From: a virus
DNA length: 34,310 bases
IMG/VR virus record: IMGVR_UViG_3300033892_000029
Reading direction: 5' to 3' (one strand)
Of this stretch, positions 21,019 to 29,900 are shown piece after piece. Within the stretch, counting starts at the first letter, position 1. Every line of letters starts with the position of its first letter. Under the pieces are notes generated by a model that worked only from the letters and a program-made list of their open reading frames with translations, did not search any database and was not told the DNA's origin. The position numbers and the translations under genes are program-made.

Positions 21019-22242
21019 ATGACGATGGCAACCGCAACGGCTTCCGCACCGACCCCGACCCCGACCCCGACTCCCGCTCCGGCACCGGCCCCTACTCCTG
21101 CTCCGGCGATGCCGCAGAGTATGGACGGCATGAGCCAGGTGGCCAGTGCCTTGCCCAAGGGCGATCCGGGTCAGGCGTTGGCGCAAGCGGAAGTAGCACA
21201 GGGCACGCAGCTCGACCAGCGCATGGGCGAGGACGATGCCGAGCTGGCGCATCTGGATCAGGCGCAGCAGGCCAATTGGCAGATGATGCAGCGCCAGCGG
21301 CTGGTGACGGTGAACCAGGCGCAGATCCTGCGCAAGGTGCTGCCGGTGATCGGCATCTTCACCCTGATCGCCGGCAAGGCCGGTGGCATGGACAGCGCGC
21401 TGGCTGCGCTGGGCGGCGGCATGGCCGGCCTGACCAAGGGCCTGGACCAGAAGATGCAGGATGCGTGGAAGCAGTACACCGCCAGCTACAACCAGATGAT
21501 GGCGCGAGTGAAGGAGACCCAGGCGCAGATCAAGGCTGTCATCGACGACCGCGACAAGACGCAGGCGCAGAAGACCGACCTGTACAAGGCGCTGGGTTCG
21601 CAGGTGGCATCCTACCGGCTGGCGCTGAGCAAGGCGCAGAGCGATGCTTCGCGCATGCAGGCGGCCCAGCTGCGCGCCTCCACGGAAGCGGCCGACACCG
21701 CCGCGCACGACGCGACCGCCTTGGCGGTGGCGAAGACGCATGCCGACGTGGAACGGCAGGCGCGTATCGTCGCACAGCAGAAGCAGCTGGCCGACGTGGC
21801 GCTGAAGCCGCCCACCGTGAACGACATGCAGACCGCGCTGGGCGCGCTGTTCGGGGCGCCCGATGCCAAGGCGGTCAAAGCCGCGGCGGCGGCATCGGCC
21901 GATCCGCTGACCGGCAGCGGCAAGGCCGATCCCTTCGCCGGCTATGATGTGATGCAGCAGGCCGAGGCGCGGCAGTTGCTGTCGCAGACCAACGTCTACA
22001 TCGCCCAGCATCCGAACGTGCCGCGTTTCACGGCCATGCAGCGCGTGCAGGCGGGACTGTTTCAGCAGGGCTTGAGCAATGTGCCCGGCTTGCGTCTGCC
22101 GACATCGCAGGGGCGCGCCGCGCCGTCGGGCAAGACCGTGAGCATGGACGCGGTGCGCGCCTACATGGCCAGCCATCAGGGCTACACCCAGCAGCAGGTG
22201 ATCGACACGCTGAAGGCGCAGGGGTATGTCGTCCAACCCTGA
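21019..22242 (+). CDS. Internal virion-type protein candidate (407 aa), Thr/Pro/Ala-rich N-terminus, one hydrophobic segment, long helical region
   Basis: ORF track. MTMATATASAPTPTPTPTPAPAPAPTPAPAMPQ..., then VLPVIGIFTLIAGKAGG, then a Gln/Ala/Lys-rich helix. Confidence 0.65.
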   Translation: MTMATATASAPTPTPTPTPAPAPAPTPAPAMPQSMDGMSQVASALPKGDPGQALAQAEVAQGTQLDQRMGEDDAELAHLDQAQQANWQMMQRQRLVTVNQAQILRKVLPVIGIFTLIAGKAGGMDSALAALGGGMAGLTKGLDQKMQDAWKQYTASYNQMMARVKETQAQIKAVIDDRDKTQAQKTDLYKALGSQVASYRLALSKAQSDASRMQAAQLRASTEAADTAAHDATALAVAKTHADVERQARIVAQQKQLADVALKPPTVNDMQTALGALFGAPDAKAVKAAAAASADPLTGSGKADPFAGYDVMQQAEARQLLSQTNVYIAQHPNVPRFTAMQRVQAGLFQQGLSNVPGLRLPTSQGRAAPSGKTVSMDAVRAYMASHQGYTQQQVIDTLKAQGYVVQP

Positions 22243-25200
22243 GGACATCATCGCGCAGGCCATGGCGAACGGTCCGTCCGGCGCACCGGATATTGGCGCC
22301 ATCATGGCGAAGGCCGGTGTAGAGCCGGCGCATCCCTATACGGACGCGCAAGTAGCCTTCCCGATGCCCAAGCCCGATCCGATGGCGGCGGCCATCGGTG
22401 GCGTCCTGCGCGATGAGGCTATGCATCCCAGCGCCCAATCGGTCAAGGACGACATCGACAATCGCATTGCCGAGGAGCGCGACTACCTGACCGTGGGCGG
22501 GTTCACCGGCGCCGCGCGGGCGATGGGCCGATTCGTGACCAACTACGGTCGGACCGTGGCGGCCGCCGAGAAAGACGTCTTCTCGCACCAGACGCTTGAG
22601 GGCGAGTCCTTCCTGCAAAGTCCCGTCAAGAGCGTGACGCAGGTGGCGGGCCAGGTGCCGCAGTTCGTGGCTTCCGTGGCCGGGACCATCGCGGGCGTGG
22701 CGGATACGCGCCTGTACAATCCCCAGACCGGGGCGCGGATCGAATCGGATTTCGACCAGGCGCTGCCCGCCCTGACCCATGGCTACATCGCCGAGGGGCA
22801 ACCCAGCACGGCGCTGGGGCGCGAGGTCAATGCGGCGGTGGGTTTCCTGTTCGCGCCCGTCACGTCGATTGGCCCTGCCTTTGCCACGACGCAGCACGAG
22901 ATCACCGGTACGACGTCGCCCTACCTGCACTATGTCTCCGAAGGCCTGTCGGATGTTGCCGGCATCGCGGCGGGGGCTGGGCTTGGCCAGGCGGCGGCCG
23001 GGTTGCGCGGCCGGCCGGCCGCGGCGGCGGAAGCGCCTGCGGCCGCGCCAGCACCGCCGCCCACCGAATCAGCCGCCGCTGCGCCGCCTCCCGAGCCCGA
23101 TCTTCAGGCGGCACGCGAAGCGATGGGCACCGCGCTCGCCAATCACCGCGGCGCGCAGGCCGCCTATCGTGAGGCGCTCAAGACTTCCGCCACCCGCGGC
23201 AGCGCGGCCGTCCAGGAGGCGCAAGCCGCCCGCCAGCAGGCCGCCCAGCGCGCCCAGCCCTCGGCCGTGCGGCGCGAGCTGGAGGACGAATACCGGGCCA
23301 TGGATGTCCGCGCGGCCGGTCCGCGCGCGGCGGACGATCCCACGCTGGTCCGCCAGCGCCGCAAGCTGGTGGCCCGCGACCTGGCCGCCCGGCAGGCGCT
23401 GCGCAGCCAGGAAGCGGCCGAGGCCGCCCGGCTGCACGACAAGCTGGCGCGCCAGCATGTCACGCGCTTGAACAAGCAGGCGGCGGCCTTTGAGGAAGCC
23501 GTCAAGGCCGCGCCCCACGATGCGCTGGCCGGCCTGCCGCCGCATATCCGCACCCCGCTCGAACGTGCCCTGACCGAGGCCCAGCAGCGCTACCTGCGCG
23601 CCCTGCAGACCACGCAGGCGCCCCCGGAAGGCTATGCGCATTCGCTGGAGGTGCGTGAGCTGGACGAAGCCAGTCTGTCGCCGGAGGATCGCGCGCTGGT
23701 ACAGGGCGTGCGCGAGCGCGCGGCGCAGGCGCTGGAGCGACGCCGGGCCGGCGCCGCGGCCGATGTGCAACGCATGCTCACCTCGCGCAAACTGGGTGAG
23801 CAGGCCGCCGCGGAACGCGGTCTGCGCCAGCATATCGCCACCGTGCTGGGACCCGAGCTGGCGCAGCGCGTCAGGTTCGTGAAAGATAGCTCCGGCCTGC
23901 CGGGTCAGGCGGGCGTGGTCGGAGAGGCCATCGATCCGCGTCTGCGCGTGGCGGGCTTGCATACCGGCGAAGGCCATGCCTATGTGGTCACCGATGCCGT
24001 ACCGACGCCCGAACGCGCCGTCTGGACTGCCATCCATGAGGTGGCCGGCCATGGCGGCATGGCGGCGCTGGTGGACCGTTTTGGCCATCTGGCCAGCGAC
24101 GGCGAGAACATTCGATCCCTCTACACCCGCGCTCGCACCGCGCTCCTGACCAATCCCACGGTCAAGGCACTGGCCGATCGCATTGCCGCGGAGCGCAAGT
24201 CCACCGACCTGCCGCGCATGGCCGAGGAAGCGGCGGCCGAACTGCAGGCCGCGCGCCTGACCGGCGACTGGCAGACGATCGCGCGCCGCTACGGCATCGA
24301 AGCCTCCGAGGCGCTGAAGACCGGCGTGGAGCAGGTGCTCTCGCCGTGGCGGCGCGCGCTCAAGCGCATCATGACCGCCATCGGCGAGCACGTACTGGGC
24401 CGTACGCCGATGACGCCGTTCGAGCGGGCGATGAAGGGCGACGCGGTGTTCTCCGATGCGGACGTGAATCACCTGCTGCAGCAGATGCATGAGCACGCGC
24501 GGCGCGGCGCGGGGGCGCCCGAAGCCATGGAAAGCCGGGTGCCGTCGGTTCCCCCGTCGCCCTTCACGCCGGAGGAACAGGCGCAGCTCGACGCGGCCGC
24601 CCGCAGTCTGGGCTTCTCCGATCGCCTGAACACGCGGCTGGCCGGCGAACAGACTGCGGCGAAGGAGTCGCACGCATTCGATGAGGCGCAGCAGGCGGCC
24701 GCGCGCATCGAGCGGGCGGCGGCGGCGGCCTTCGGGCCGGAGGATGCGGTCACCGTGGCGCACGTGGCCGAGGAAGGGCGCGGGCCGGCCTATGCGGCGG
24801 CGGCGCAGCCGTTCCGGGTGGATGCCCAGGGCGATATCGATTTCGCCGATCTGGACACGCTCAACGAGGAAATCCCGGTTGGCGGCCGACGCGGCGCCCG
24901 GGCGGCCTTCGAGGGCTGGTTCCCCACGCGCGAGCCGGGCCTGACGGAAGCCGGCGTGCGCGCCCTGCAGAACCTGTCCGATGCCGAGGGCACGGTGGCG
25001 AAGGGCGTGGCCGCCATGAAGAAGCTCTGGCAGGGGATGCAGACGATGTTCCCCGACATCACCAAGCCGGAGATTGCCAAGGCGGCGGCGGCGATGCTCG
25101 AGCGCGTCTCCTCGGCGCGCGCGGAGGCGGCGCGCTACAGTCGCAACATGCGCAGCTTCGCGCGCCTGATTGCCAAGCTGACGCCAGAGCAGCAGGCGGC

Positions 25201-27595
25201 GGTGTACCGCTTGGCCGAGCAGGGAACCACGCGCGATGCGGTGCGTGGGGTGGACGTGCCCCTGCCGGAGAACGTGGACTGGCAAGGCTGGTTCCGCTAC
25301 ATCCGCCACGTGCACGACCGTGCCTTCGAGGCGATCAACCGGGCGCGTGGTGCGCCGGTGGTGCGCTACCGCGAGAACCACTTCGCCCGCTTTGTGAAAG
25401 CGCCGGACGGCACCGTGCACGACTCGGCTATGGCGAGTGTAGCCAGCGAGGCCTTCGAGCACGCGCGCCAGTTCCCGACCATGGACAGTATCCTGAACCA
25501 GCCGGCCGACGCGCCGCGCTGGAAGCCGTACTCGCTCAATCTCGCCATGAATGAGATTCGTTGGGCGCAGTCGGTGCAGCGTTACGTCGCGCGCTGGGAA
25601 ACCACCCGCACGCTGGCGCGCATGGGGGCGATCCGCACGGTGCCGGAAGGCTACGTGCCCACGCCCGATGAGGTGAAGTTCCTGGCGCCCGACCGGCACA
25701 GCTGGCTGAGCGGTCCGCGCACCTTGGTCGCGGCCATGCACAACGGCCCCTTCGCCGAGCCACTGATGGGCCGATACGCCCGGCTGGCCTCCGCCGGCAT
25801 GGTGCTGCGGCCGGTGTGGAACAGCGTCACACAATCTGCGCTGGCGCTGTCGCTCTACCATCCCTTCGCCATCACTTTCTACTCGGCGCCCGTGCACGCG
25901 CTCACCGAGTCGCTGGCGCGGGTCAGCGATCCGTGGTCCGTACAAGGCGTGGTGGACATCGCCAAGGCGTTTGCCAAGGCGCTTCCCGGGGCGCCCGGGC
26001 GCTCCTTCGTGGCCGGCGAACACGTGCCGGCGCACGAGGCGCTGGCGCTCCTGGCCGGCAAGAAGGGCGGCCTCACCGTGGACAAGGCGACCGGCAAGGT
26101 CATGATGCCCGACGAGGACCCGGCTGAGGTGGCGCTGGACGTGATGCGCGGCCTGCGGCCGGTGTCCGATGCCGCGCCGGCCCACGTCGAGCTGATGCGT
26201 CGGGTGGCGATCGGCGGCATGCATGTGTGGGGCAAGGGCGAATTCCGCAACGAGGCGATGGACCATTTCCGCGACGCCATCGACCAGCACAAGCCGCTGG
26301 CGGCGACCGGCTGGGCCTTGCCGGCGTTCCTGCGCTCGCTCGGTACGCCGATCATGGACGGCTTCATCCCGTGGATGAAGGTGCGTGCCTACCTCGCCGA
26401 CACCGAGGGCTGGGCCCGCGCCAACCCGGGGCAGATCGGCAGCGAGGCCGAGCGCCTGGCCTTCCAGCGCTACGCCCGGGAGATCGACCAGCGCTTCGGC
26501 GAGATGGCGACCAGCAACCTGTTCTGGAACCGCTGGATCACCGGTTTGCTGCATGGCTCGATGCTGTCCTTCGGCTGGAATTACGGCCTCGTGAGCCAGA
26601 TGCTGGGCGGCGGCAAGGACGTGGCGCAGCGCGCGACACGCCTGATCCAGGGGCGTGAGCTCGATACGCTGCGCACCCGCCTGCCCTACGCCACGCTCTA
26701 CACCGCCTACGGGCTGGGGCTGGGCTTCCTGATGACGCGCTTCATCGGCAACCAGCCGATCCAGTCGCTCAAGGACGGCGTGTATCCGGTGATGCGCATG
26801 GAGCCGGACGGCACCGCCTACCGGGTGAAGATGCCCGGCTGGTTGCAGGACGTCGGCGCGACCTACTACCACGTGCAGGTGGAAGGCATGACCGCGGGGC
26901 TGGCCGACGAAGCGGCCAACAAAGGCGCGCCGATGCTGTCGTTGCTGCATCAGCTCTGGTCCAACCAGAACTACTATGGCCAGCAGATCCGCGATCCAAT
27001 GGACCCGTGGACCATGCAGCTGGCCGAGTCGGCGCATGCCGCCTTTTCCGCCACCGTGCCGTTCACGCTGGAGAATTTCCTGCAACAGCAGCACGACCCG
27101 CAGGGACCGGGCACGCTGGTCGATTTGACCACCAACGCGCTGGGCATCACCCAGGCCGCCAGCTACACGCGCGAGCCGATCCCGGTGCAGAAGATCTTCT
27201 GGCTCGAGCACTCGCAGGGCCTCTCGGGCGTGACGCCCTATGCCAGCGCCGTGCGGGACGACGGCCTGCGAGCCTATCACTTGCGCGAGCTCTACAGCCA
27301 GGGACGCCAGAGCGGCGACTACACGGCGTTCCTGAAGGCGATGCGCGAGGTGCAGGCGCAGTACGGTCTGACGCGGCGCCAAGCGCTCTATGAGGTCGAG
27401 AAGCTCAAGGCTCCGACCGGTGCCTTCACATTGCGCGAGCTGCCGCTCTCGGACCAGCGCGCCGTCTGGAACGACATGAGGGACGATCCGGCCTTGCTGC
27501 GGAAATACTATCCGTACTTCAACCAGCAGTTCAGGAATCAACAGCTGCGGGACGATCCGGCGTTGCTGGAGGCACTGCGCAACGCCCCTCCCTGA
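22226..27595 (+). CDS. Giant virion-associated protein (1789 aa); ejection/internal-core or polyvalent-type protein
   Basis: ORF track. A single uninterrupted frame with consistent coding composition. It has an Ala/Pro linker (AAAEAPAAAPAPPPTESAAAAPPPEP), an Ala/Arg/Gln-rich helical region, AIHEVAGHGG at 24029-24058 and a large Trp/Tyr-rich C-terminal half. The function is inferred from size and position. Confidence 0.85.
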   Translation: MSSNPEDIIAQAMANGPSGAPDIGAIMAKAGVEPAHPYTDAQVAFPMPKPDPMAAAIGGVLRDEAMHPSAQSVKDDIDNRIAEERDYLTVGGFTGAARAMGRFVTNYGRTVAAAEKDVFSHQTLEGESFLQSPVKSVTQVAGQVPQFVASVAGTIAGVADTRLYNPQTGARIESDFDQALPALTHGYIAEGQPSTALGREVNAAVGFLFAPVTSIGPAFATTQHEITGTTSPYLHYVSEGLSDVAGIAAGAGLGQAAAGLRGRPAAAAEAPAAAPAPPPTESAAAAPPPEPDLQAAREAMGTALANHRGAQAAYREALKTSATRGSAAVQEAQAARQQAAQRAQPSAVRRELEDEYRAMDVRAAGPRAADDPTLVRQRRKLVARDLAARQALRSQEAAEAARLHDKLARQHVTRLNKQAAAFEEAVKAAPHDALAGLPPHIRTPLERALTEAQQRYLRALQTTQAPPEGYAHSLEVRELDEASLSPEDRALVQGVRERAAQALERRRAGAAADVQRMLTSRKLGEQAAAERGLRQHIATVLGPELAQRVRFVKDSSGLPGQAGVVGEAIDPRLRVAGLHTGEGHAYVVTDAVPTPERAVWTAIHEVAGHGGMAALVDRFGHLASDGENIRSLYTRARTALLTNPTVKALADRIAAERKSTDLPRMAEEAAAELQAARLTGDWQTIARRYGIEASEALKTGVEQVLSPWRRALKRIMTAIGEHVLGRTPMTPFERAMKGDAVFSDADVNHLLQQMHEHARRGAGAPEAMESRVPSVPPSPFTPEEQAQLDAAARSLGFSDRLNTRLAGEQTAAKESHAFDEAQQAAARIERAAAAAFGPEDAVTVAHVAEEGRGPAYAAAAQPFRVDAQGDIDFADLDTLNEEIPVGGRRGARAAFEGWFPTREPGLTEAGVRALQNLSDAEGTVAKGVAAMKKLWQGMQTMFPDITKPEIAKAAAAMLERVSSARAEAARYSRNMRSFARLIAKLTPEQQAAVYRLAEQGTTRDAVRGVDVPLPENVDWQGWFRYIRHVHDRAFEAINRARGAPVVRYRENHFARFVKAPDGTVHDSAMASVASEAFEHARQFPTMDSILNQPADAPRWKPYSLNLAMNEIRWAQSVQRYVARWETTRTLARMGAIRTVPEGYVPTPDEVKFLAPDRHSWLSGPRTLVAAMHNGPFAEPLMGRYARLASAGMVLRPVWNSVTQSALALSLYHPFAITFYSAPVHALTESLARVSDPWSVQGVVDIAKAFAKALPGAPGRSFVAGEHVPAHEALALLAGKKGGLTVDKATGKVMMPDEDPAEVALDVMRGLRPVSDAAPAHVELMRRVAIGGMHVWGKGEFRNEAMDHFRDAIDQHKPLAATGWALPAFLRSLGTPIMDGFIPWMKVRAYLADTEGWARANPGQIGSEAERLAFQRYAREIDQRFGEMATSNLFWNRWITGLLHGSMLSFGWNYGLVSQMLGGGKDVAQRATRLIQGRELDTLRTRLPYATLYTAYGLGLGFLMTRFIGNQPIQSLKDGVYPVMRMEPDGTAYRVKMPGWLQDVGATYYHVQVEGMTAGLADEAANKGAPMLSLLHQLWSNQNYYGQQIRDPMDPWTMQLAESAHAAFSATVPFTLENFLQQQHDPQGPGTLVDLTTNALGITQAASYTREPIPVQKIFWLEHSQGLSGVTPYASAVRDDGLRAYHLRELYSQGRQSGDYTAFLKAMREVQAQYGLTRRQALYEVEKLKAPTGAFTLRELPLSDQRAVWNDMRDDPALLRKYYPYFNQQFRNQQLRDDPALLEALRNAPP

Positions 27596-27598
27596 GCC

Positions 27599-27865
27599 TT
27601 AGCGCTCCGCCCATAGGCCGATCAGCTGCGACAGCAGCGTGAAACCGGCGAAGCCCGCGGCAATGGCGGCCCGCAGGAGCGTGGGCTCCCACATCGCCCA
27701 GCCAGCCAGCACCGCCACCAGCACCGCGCCAGCGGCCCGTAGCGCGCGCCCGGCCAGCACCCTTGCCAACATACGCCCCAAGACCGCGTTCGCGTCCTGC
27801 GTGGCGGCAGGTGCCTTGGCGGGGGTTTCCAAGGGGACTTCCTCGGGGAGCAGTTCACCGTTCAC
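27599..27865 (-). CDS. Membrane protein (88 aa), two hydrophobic segments; last gene of the leftward block (holin candidate)
   Basis: ORF track (GTG start overlapping the upstream stop, GTGA). AAGAVLVAVLAGWAMW and AAIAAGFAGFTLLSQLIGLW. Confidence 0.55.
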   Translation of the reverse strand: MNGELLPEEVPLETPAKAPAATQDANAVLGRMLARVLAGRALRAAGAVLVAVLAGWAMWEPTLLRAAIAAGFAGFTLLSQLIGLWAER

Positions 27866-28062
27866 GGGTCATTTCCTTCGTCGGGCTGGTTGAAGAAGCT
27901 GCCAAAGGCATCGTCGCCCCCTTTCTTGGTGGCCTTGATCCAAGCCACCCCCATCTTGATCGCTTCGAAGCGCTGGTCGGGATCGAGGGCGCTGTAGTCG
28001 CTGGTCAGGAGATCCCGGATGCGTTTCTCGATCTGTTTTTCGAGCGGAAGAGGGGAGGGCAT
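27862..28062 (-). CDS. Hypothetical protein (66 aa)
   Basis: ORF track. Protein-like sequence (MPSPLPLEKQIEKRIRDLLTSDYSALDPDQRFEAIKMGVAWIKATKKGGDDAFGSFF...). Confidence 0.6.
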   Translation of the reverse strand: MPSPLPLEKQIEKRIRDLLTSDYSALDPDQRFEAIKMGVAWIKATKKGGDDAFGSFFNQPDEGNDP

Positions 28063-28185
28063 AAGGCACCTGAACGGGTGAACTCGGGTGGATTTCGGGA
28101 GGAACTGAGCCTACTGCAGGGTGGGTGATTAAGCACAAGTACTTGATTCATCAACACCCAAACGTAGGCCGATCTGACCGTTCGC

Positions 28186-28623
28186 TCACGAACTCGGCCA
28201 CTGCCCGCTTTCGATCATCGTGGCCAGCCGCTCGTAACGGGCCGGGAGCTGCTGATAGACCAGCGTGTCGCGCAGGTCCGCGGCGGCCGCCGTCCACTGG
28301 CTGGCGCCCATGTAGTTGAGGAAGCCGGCAAAGAGGCTGAACGCGGTCAGGCCGAGGTTGAAGGCCATGTCGATCAGCGCCGCCTGGCGTACTGGATCGA
28401 GGGTGGCAAACCACGGCCACCGCTGGAGCCCCTGGACCACGGCGTCCTGGTCGTGCTGGAACTGCCGGTCGATCGCCTGATCCAAAAGCGCCTGCACATC
28501 GGCCGCCACCCCGTTGGACAGGCGGTGGCCGATGCCCCAGGTCAGGTTGCCGCGGGTGTCGGTGTAGGGCCAGGTGCGTCGGCCCTCGTCCTGTTCGAGT
28601 AATTCCTGTACTGACGAGATCAT
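28186..28623 (-). CDS. Endolysin, T4-lysozyme-type (GH24) muramidase (145 aa)
   Basis: ATG at 28623 (GGAGGTAATTATG) in the frame of ORF 28186..28800. MISSVQELLEQDEGRRTWPYTDTRGNLTWGIGH matches the GH24 catalytic E-x8-D-x5-T pattern with the GIGH motif. Confidence 0.85.
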   Translation of the reverse strand: MISSVQELLEQDEGRRTWPYTDTRGNLTWGIGHRLSNGVAADVQALLDQAIDRQFQHDQDAVVQGLQRWPWFATLDPVRQAALIDMAFNLGLTAFSLFAGFLNYMGASQWTAAAADLRDTLVYQQLPARYERLATMIESGQWPSS

Positions 28624-28625
28624 AA

Positions 28626-28988
28626 TTACCTCCGGGGAGTAGCCAGGGCGCGCTGAATCCAGTCCAGTGCCAAGCCCTTCTTCACCTGCTCCGGGGTGAC
28701 GGCCATGACGGTGAAGCCCAGCGCGACGGCCTCGGCGGTCTTGGCGCAGTCGCGGGTGATGCCCGTGCCGGAGCTGTGGCCGGACGCGCCCTTCGCCCAC
28801 ACGCCGCCGTTCACTTCCACCAGCAGCCAGCCCAGCTGGAAGTCGAAGCGGTAGCGGCGCTCGGGGATCACCTTGGCCTCGCGCTGGTAAGGCAGGCCGG
28901 CGGCCTTGAGCTGGAAGGCCAAGAGCGCCTCGGGCTTGGACTCGCGCGCGGCGCGGCGCAACTGACGGATCGATTCAATGGTGGTCAT
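28626..28988 (-). CDS. Vsr/DUF559-like PD-(D/E)XK endonuclease (120 aa)
   Basis: ORF track. ...PYQREAKVIPERRYRFDFQLGWLLVEVNGGVWAKGASGHSSGTGITRDCAKTAEAVALGFTVMAVT follows the E..RFDF..VEV.G..H....D..K pattern of that fold. Assigned from memory. Confidence 0.55.
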   Translation of the reverse strand: MTTIESIRQLRRAARESKPEALLAFQLKAAGLPYQREAKVIPERRYRFDFQLGWLLVEVNGGVWAKGASGHSSGTGITRDCAKTAEAVALGFTVMAVTPEQVKKGLALDWIQRALATPRR

Positions 28989-29054
28989 GCCACACGCCTC
29001 GCAGGATCATTTTGATTTCCTGAAGTCGTTGGATTTTGGCATCCAGCGTCCGGA

Positions 29055-29258
29055 TCAGCGCCTGGCGTTGTTCAGGGGTGGCGTTTTGCGCGTCTTCTTC
29101 CATCGCTGCTGCAGCGAGGCGATCTGCCATTGCGAGCGCAGCCACGGTGTGATGGAAGCCCGAATCGCCGGGTCCAATCGATCCAGCGCTTCCTTCCACT
29201 GCGCCCGCGGCAAGCGGGCGATCGCCATCTTCTCCTGCAGGTAGTTCTCGACCGGCAT
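29055..29258 (-). CDS. Hypothetical protein (67 aa)
   Basis: ORF track. About 88% G/C at third positions by hand count over the whole length, against about 59% for the overlapping alternative frame. Confidence 0.6.
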   Translation of the reverse strand: MPVENYLQEKMAIARLPRAQWKEALDRLDPAIRASITPWLRSQWQIASLQQRWKKTRKTPPLNNARR

Positions 29259-29621
29259 TCATAGGTCCTCCTTGGGAAAATAATCCACCCACCCCATGCG
29301 CGGCTTCTTGCCGCCCTTGGTGAAGATGGGTTTGCCCGCATCGTCCTTGAGCTGGCGCCAAGCGCGGACGTGCAGGTTGCGATGTGCGCCAGCGCGCCGC
29401 ATCAGTACGATGAATTGCTGTGCCACCTGCGGCATATCGAATTTGTCCGACAGCTGCTTGATCTGGCTTCCGCGCATGATGGCATCCGTGGCGCCCTCTA
29501 CTCGCCGCGTCCACTCCGATTCGGGGATGACGGTGCCATCGGGCAAGACGGCGGGCGTTTTCTGGAGGGCGATGGAACGAGCACGTAATATCGTCATGCC
29601 CCACACGGCAAAGTCACTCAT
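29259..29621 (-). CDS. Hypothetical protein (120 aa)
   Basis: ORF track. Good coding composition. The stop abuts the next ATG. Confidence 0.65.
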   Translation of the reverse strand: MSDFAVWGMTILRARSIALQKTPAVLPDGTVIPESEWTRRVEGATDAIMRGSQIKQLSDKFDMPQVAQQFIVLMRRAGAHRNLHVRAWRQLKDDAGKPIFTKGGKKPRMGWVDYFPKEDL

Positions 29622-29630
29622 GATGACACC

Positions 29631-29900
29631 TCACGGATGGGCCTGAGTGTTCAGGCGTTTCAGGTCGCTGATCTGCGCATCGCAGATCGCCAGGGCTTGC
29701 AGCGCGTGCTGCCACGCATCCACCACATCGGCACCGGTACGGATCGGACCGGACGTGACGGTGCAGGGCAAGAGGTCCGCCGCCGGCATCGGCACATAGC
29801 GCACCTTGGTCACGGTCACCAGCTGCGGCGGCGCGGCCACGGGCGTGCTGGCGCAGGCGGTGAGGGAGATGCAAACCAACAGCATCAGCACGATCCTCAT
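29631..29900 (-). CDS. o-spanin (outer-membrane lipoprotein, 89 aa)
   Basis: ATG at 29900 in the frame of ORF 29631..30350. MRIVLMLLVCISLTAC-ASTPVAAPP is a signal peptide with an L-T-A-C lipobox. The start overlaps the i-spanin stop (ATGA). Confidence 0.8.
   Translation of the reverse strand: MRIVLMLLVCISLTACASTPVAAPPQLVTVTKVRYVPMPAADLLPCTVTSGPIRTGADVVDAWQHALQALAICDAQISDLKRLNTQAHP

Noticed and set aside
19725-22305. Minus ORFs 19725..21158 (477 aa) and 20749..22305 (518 aa)
   Set aside because: Shadow ORFs with Arg/Gly/His/Leu-rich products, antisense to three coupled plus-strand genes.
24035-24052. Zinc-metalloprotease HExxH motif in the giant protein
   Set aside because: The string is H-E-V-A-G-H (H-E-x-x-x-H), not canonical HExxH. 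A catalytic role cannot be claimed from this alone.
23069-27541. 1490-aa minus-strand ORF antisense to the giant gene
   Set aside because: The longest shadow ORF. Its composition (Arg, Gly, Ala, His, Leu, Val) and lack of any start context contrast with the coherent 1789-aa plus-strand product.
28975-29604. 209-aa minus ORF, including a plausible-looking 51-aa C-terminal piece (MADRLAAAAMEEDAQNATPEQRQALIRTLDAKIQRLQEIKMILRGVWHDHH)
   Set aside because: It overlaps 29055..29258 and 29259..29621, which have much stronger third-position GC (about 88% against about 59% by hand count). The short piece may be fortuitous.
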